From assembly GCA_013265495.1 (NCBI GenBank), contig MU057560.1, positions 756,753 to 820,752 on the forward strand: a stretch of DNA of 64,000 nucleotides, written 5' to 3'. Position numbers and translations under genes: made by a program. Shown piece after piece: positions 61,515 through 64,000 of this stretch. Below the pieces are notes generated by a model. It was not told the origin of the DNA. It saw only the letters and a list, made by a program, of their open reading frames with translations, and searched no databases. Numbering within the stretch: the stretch's first letter is position 1; every line of letters starts with the position of its first letter. The stretch is from Vicugna vicugna. Taxonomy: Eukaryota.

Positions 61515-62050
61515 TCTAAATATCTCCTGAAGCTGCCCCTCCCTTTCCACCTAATTGTCATTCCCGTTTCAGACTCTGACCTCTCCGTCGTCTGGCTAGT
61601 TGGTTCTCTAGCATTCAGAATGGTTTCCAATCCATTAACCGCTCTGCCACACAAAGAGCTGTGGGAACATAAATCTGCACCATTATTTTCTGGCTCAAGA
61701 CCTCCTCAGTGGCTCCCCAAATAGAAATCCATTATCATGACCAACAGGACTGTGTCCCCTCCTCCCTGTCCTGCAGAATCTCCCGTCACCTCCACCTGGC
61801 ACGTGGTGCTCCCACGTTCTGACCTCACTCGGAGTTTCCAGACACCCGTGCTCCCCTGTGCCCCTGTGCTATATCTCTGTCTGGAATCTCTCTGCTTGTT
61901 CATCTGTTTGGCAGCTCTTCCTGGGGAAAGATGCTTCCTCTTCCAGGAAGCCCCCCGACTCCTTGGGTAGATTTTATCCCTGTACACACGCCTCCACTAC
62001 ACAACTGTCATGTTGTACTGTGCTCCTTGTTTGCTTAAATGTCCTTCTTC
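61515..62050 (+). mobile_element. L2 LINE fragment
   Basis: CATAAATCTGCACCATT...CTCAAGACCTCCTCAGTGGCTCCC...CCTCTTCCAGGAAGCCCCCC. Confidence 0.65.
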
Positions 62051-62055
62051 CCATG

Positions 62056-62398
62056 TGGTATGGACTGCATGTTTGTGCCCCCCAGAAATCCTATGCTGAA
62101 ACTCTAGTTGCCAGTGTGATGGTGTTGGATGCTGGGCCTCTGGGAGGTGACTGGTTCCTGAGAGTGAGGCCTCCACGATGGGATTAGTGCCCCGGAAGGA
62201 AGTGATTGCTTCTCTCCACTCTTTGCTAAGGGAGACACAAGAAGATGAGGTCCGCACACCAGGAAGAGGACTCTCTCCCCAGGAATGGAACTGGCTGCCC
62301 TCGATTTGGACTTCCAGCTTCCAGAACCGTGAGATGTAAATTTTGGTCATTTAAACCTACAGTCTGTGGTAGTTCATAGCAGCTGGAGCAGATTGACA
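62056..62398 (+). mobile_element. MLT1A-type MaLR solo LTR with 5-bp TSD
   Basis: TGGTATGGACTGCATGTTTGTGCCCCCC...GGACTTCCAGCTTCCAGAACCGTGAGA...GATTGACA; TSD CCATG at 62051-62055 and 62399-62403. Confidence 0.92.
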
Positions 62399-62407
62399 CC
62401 ATGTAAC

Positions 62408-62460
62408 AGCAACACCACCGCCACCACCACCACCACCACAACACAACAACAACAACACAG
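62408..62460. repeat. (CAC)n/(CAA)n simple repeat
   Basis: CAACACCACCGCCACCACCACCACCACCACAACACAACAACAACAACAC. Confidence 0.9.
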
Positions 62461-62657
62461 TAATAATAGCGGTGGTAAGCGTGGTCTCGCCTCCATTCAA
62501 ATGAAAGCAAAAATCGAATTTCTGAGACTGAGATAAAAAACGTTTGCTTCAAATTCAGAAGCAATGAGATATTTTGTCATCGATTATTACAGATTCGCAG
62601 GTAAACGACCAGCCCAACAAACTGCTTGCCATTCTCATTCCTCACAGATTGCTCCCT

Positions 62658-62820
62658 ATTGACGTGCAGTTGATTCACAGCGTGTTAGTTTCTGGCGTAC
62701 CGCACAGCGATTCAGTCACACACACACGCGTATATGTATGCATGCCTTTTCAGATTCTTTTTCATTATAGGCTATTACAAATTATTGAATATAGTTCCCT
62801 GGGCTGTATGGTAGGACCCC
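62658..62820 (-). mobile_element. LINE-1 3' UTR fragment
   Basis: GTTAGTTTCTGGCGTACCGCACAGCGATTCAGTC...TCAGATTCTTTTTCATTATAGGCTATTACAAATTATTGAATATAGTTCCCTGGGCT. Confidence 0.82.
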
Positions 62821-64000
62821 TACAGATCTTAAATCTTAGAGTTCACAGAGAGAGCACATTCTGTCCCCCGAGGATGCCCCGAACCACCCTGACAACAGAT
62901 GACACGCGGACTGTACTGTCGCAAGACCTCTCCCAGGCAGAGCAGGGCAGCGGGCGCGCGCGCGGGCTTCGGGAGCAGACGGTCCAGCCCGGAGTCCTGC
63001 TCCAGCCTCTTCCCGGCCGGCTGGCGTGGGCGAAGCCACGTGCCTTCCCGCGGCCTCAGCTTCCCCTGCCCGGGACGCTCTCTTTTCCGCACTAGGCAGA
63101 GCTCTCCTCTCACCCTTCTGCTGGGCTCTGCGGTCGTCCGCACGCTCCGTCCTTCCCTCCAGCACGCACCAGACTGGGTCCCTTCACTCCTCAGGGCTCA
63201 GGCCGCAGGAGCTAGAAACCCTCCTGGGGCCTCGCCTGATGCCCTGGCCTCATCCACTCAGCACTGCCTGCCGGCTCCGGCCCTCACTGGCACTCTGCCC
63301 AGGGACCCCCAGCACCGCATTTGCCCCCCCTTCCTGCCCCAGCCACCCACCAGCCACAGGAATCCCCTGCGAACACCTAAAATGAGAGCCAGTGGCAAAA
63401 TGTTCCCTGAGAGCATCAGAAATCTGTTGTCCTCCGTGCTGTGAGCTGAGATTTCTGGCACAACCCTCGGGGGAAGGCCCAGTTTCTATGTTCTCTGAGT
63501 AGCCAGGATCCAGGCAGACCTGCATTCTGTCTTTCTGCCCACCTGCATAGGTGCCTGAAACTCCACCCGACGTGTCACACCCACAGAGTCAGCCAAACCC
63601 TGTCCTGTGCCTGGGGTCCCGGGTCTGGGTCCTCTCTACCTAAAGGCTCTGCCTTATTGTTTGCAAGAATGAGCAGCGCTAACGGTGATGTGCATTCCAA
63701 CCAATGCAACTCAGACCTTCTGGATGGTGCTCCTGTCTCCTTAGCTGCTCACATAGTCAGACAGTTGCTGCACAACGTTATTCCCACGTGGAGGGTGTGC
63801 CTTTGAGTATCCTGCAATGCTTGTATCACTACCCTTTATATATATTAAAAAAAAATTGAACCCTCTTGAGCTTTGCTTTAAAACACTGCCCCCAGGGCCC
63901 TTTTCCATTTTGCTGTGGCAGAAGTTCTAGCCAGAAGGGGGCTCAAAGCCCTGCTCTGGCACTGGCTGTGGCAGCAACAGGTCCTTTGGATTCAGCCTCA

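Noticed and set aside
1..64000. Prokaryotic-type systems (CRISPR array, operon, defence island) or a novel multi-gene system
   Set aside because: The sequence is mammalian and dominated by LINE/SINE/LTR/DNA-transposon remnants; no regularly spaced direct repeats or gene-dense ORF organisation seen

Overview
Mammalian, repeat-rich, apparently non-coding DNA with one 15-N assembly gap (44888-44902). It is probably from a camelid (Vicugna/Camelus): it carries a tRNA-Ala-derived SINE of the camelid Vic-1 type and cetartiodactyl/camelid-type L1 3' ends. I recognise no intact protein-coding gene, rRNA, functional tRNA or CRISPR array. The ORF track is explained by chance ORFs in GC-rich DNA and by remnants of L1 ORF2, L2 reverse transcriptase and a Tigger1 transposase. 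The main unique feature is a CpG-island promoter-like element at ~33.3-33.8 kb (NRF1, ETS, GC-box and RFX-like motifs). About 200 bp upstream of it is a solo ERV1-type LTR carrying a perfect 24-bp palindrome that forms a consensus ER6 nuclear-receptor element. Other notable items are a twin-primed (5'-inverted) L1 with its target-site duplication (TSD), a poly(A)-only insertion with a 16-bp TSD, a three-layer nested L1, a homeodomain-motif-rich candidate enhancer and a few isolated candidate exons. Repeat family names come from my recollection of consensus sequences, and boundaries are approximate unless TSDs are given. I found no evidence for a new multi-gene biological system.
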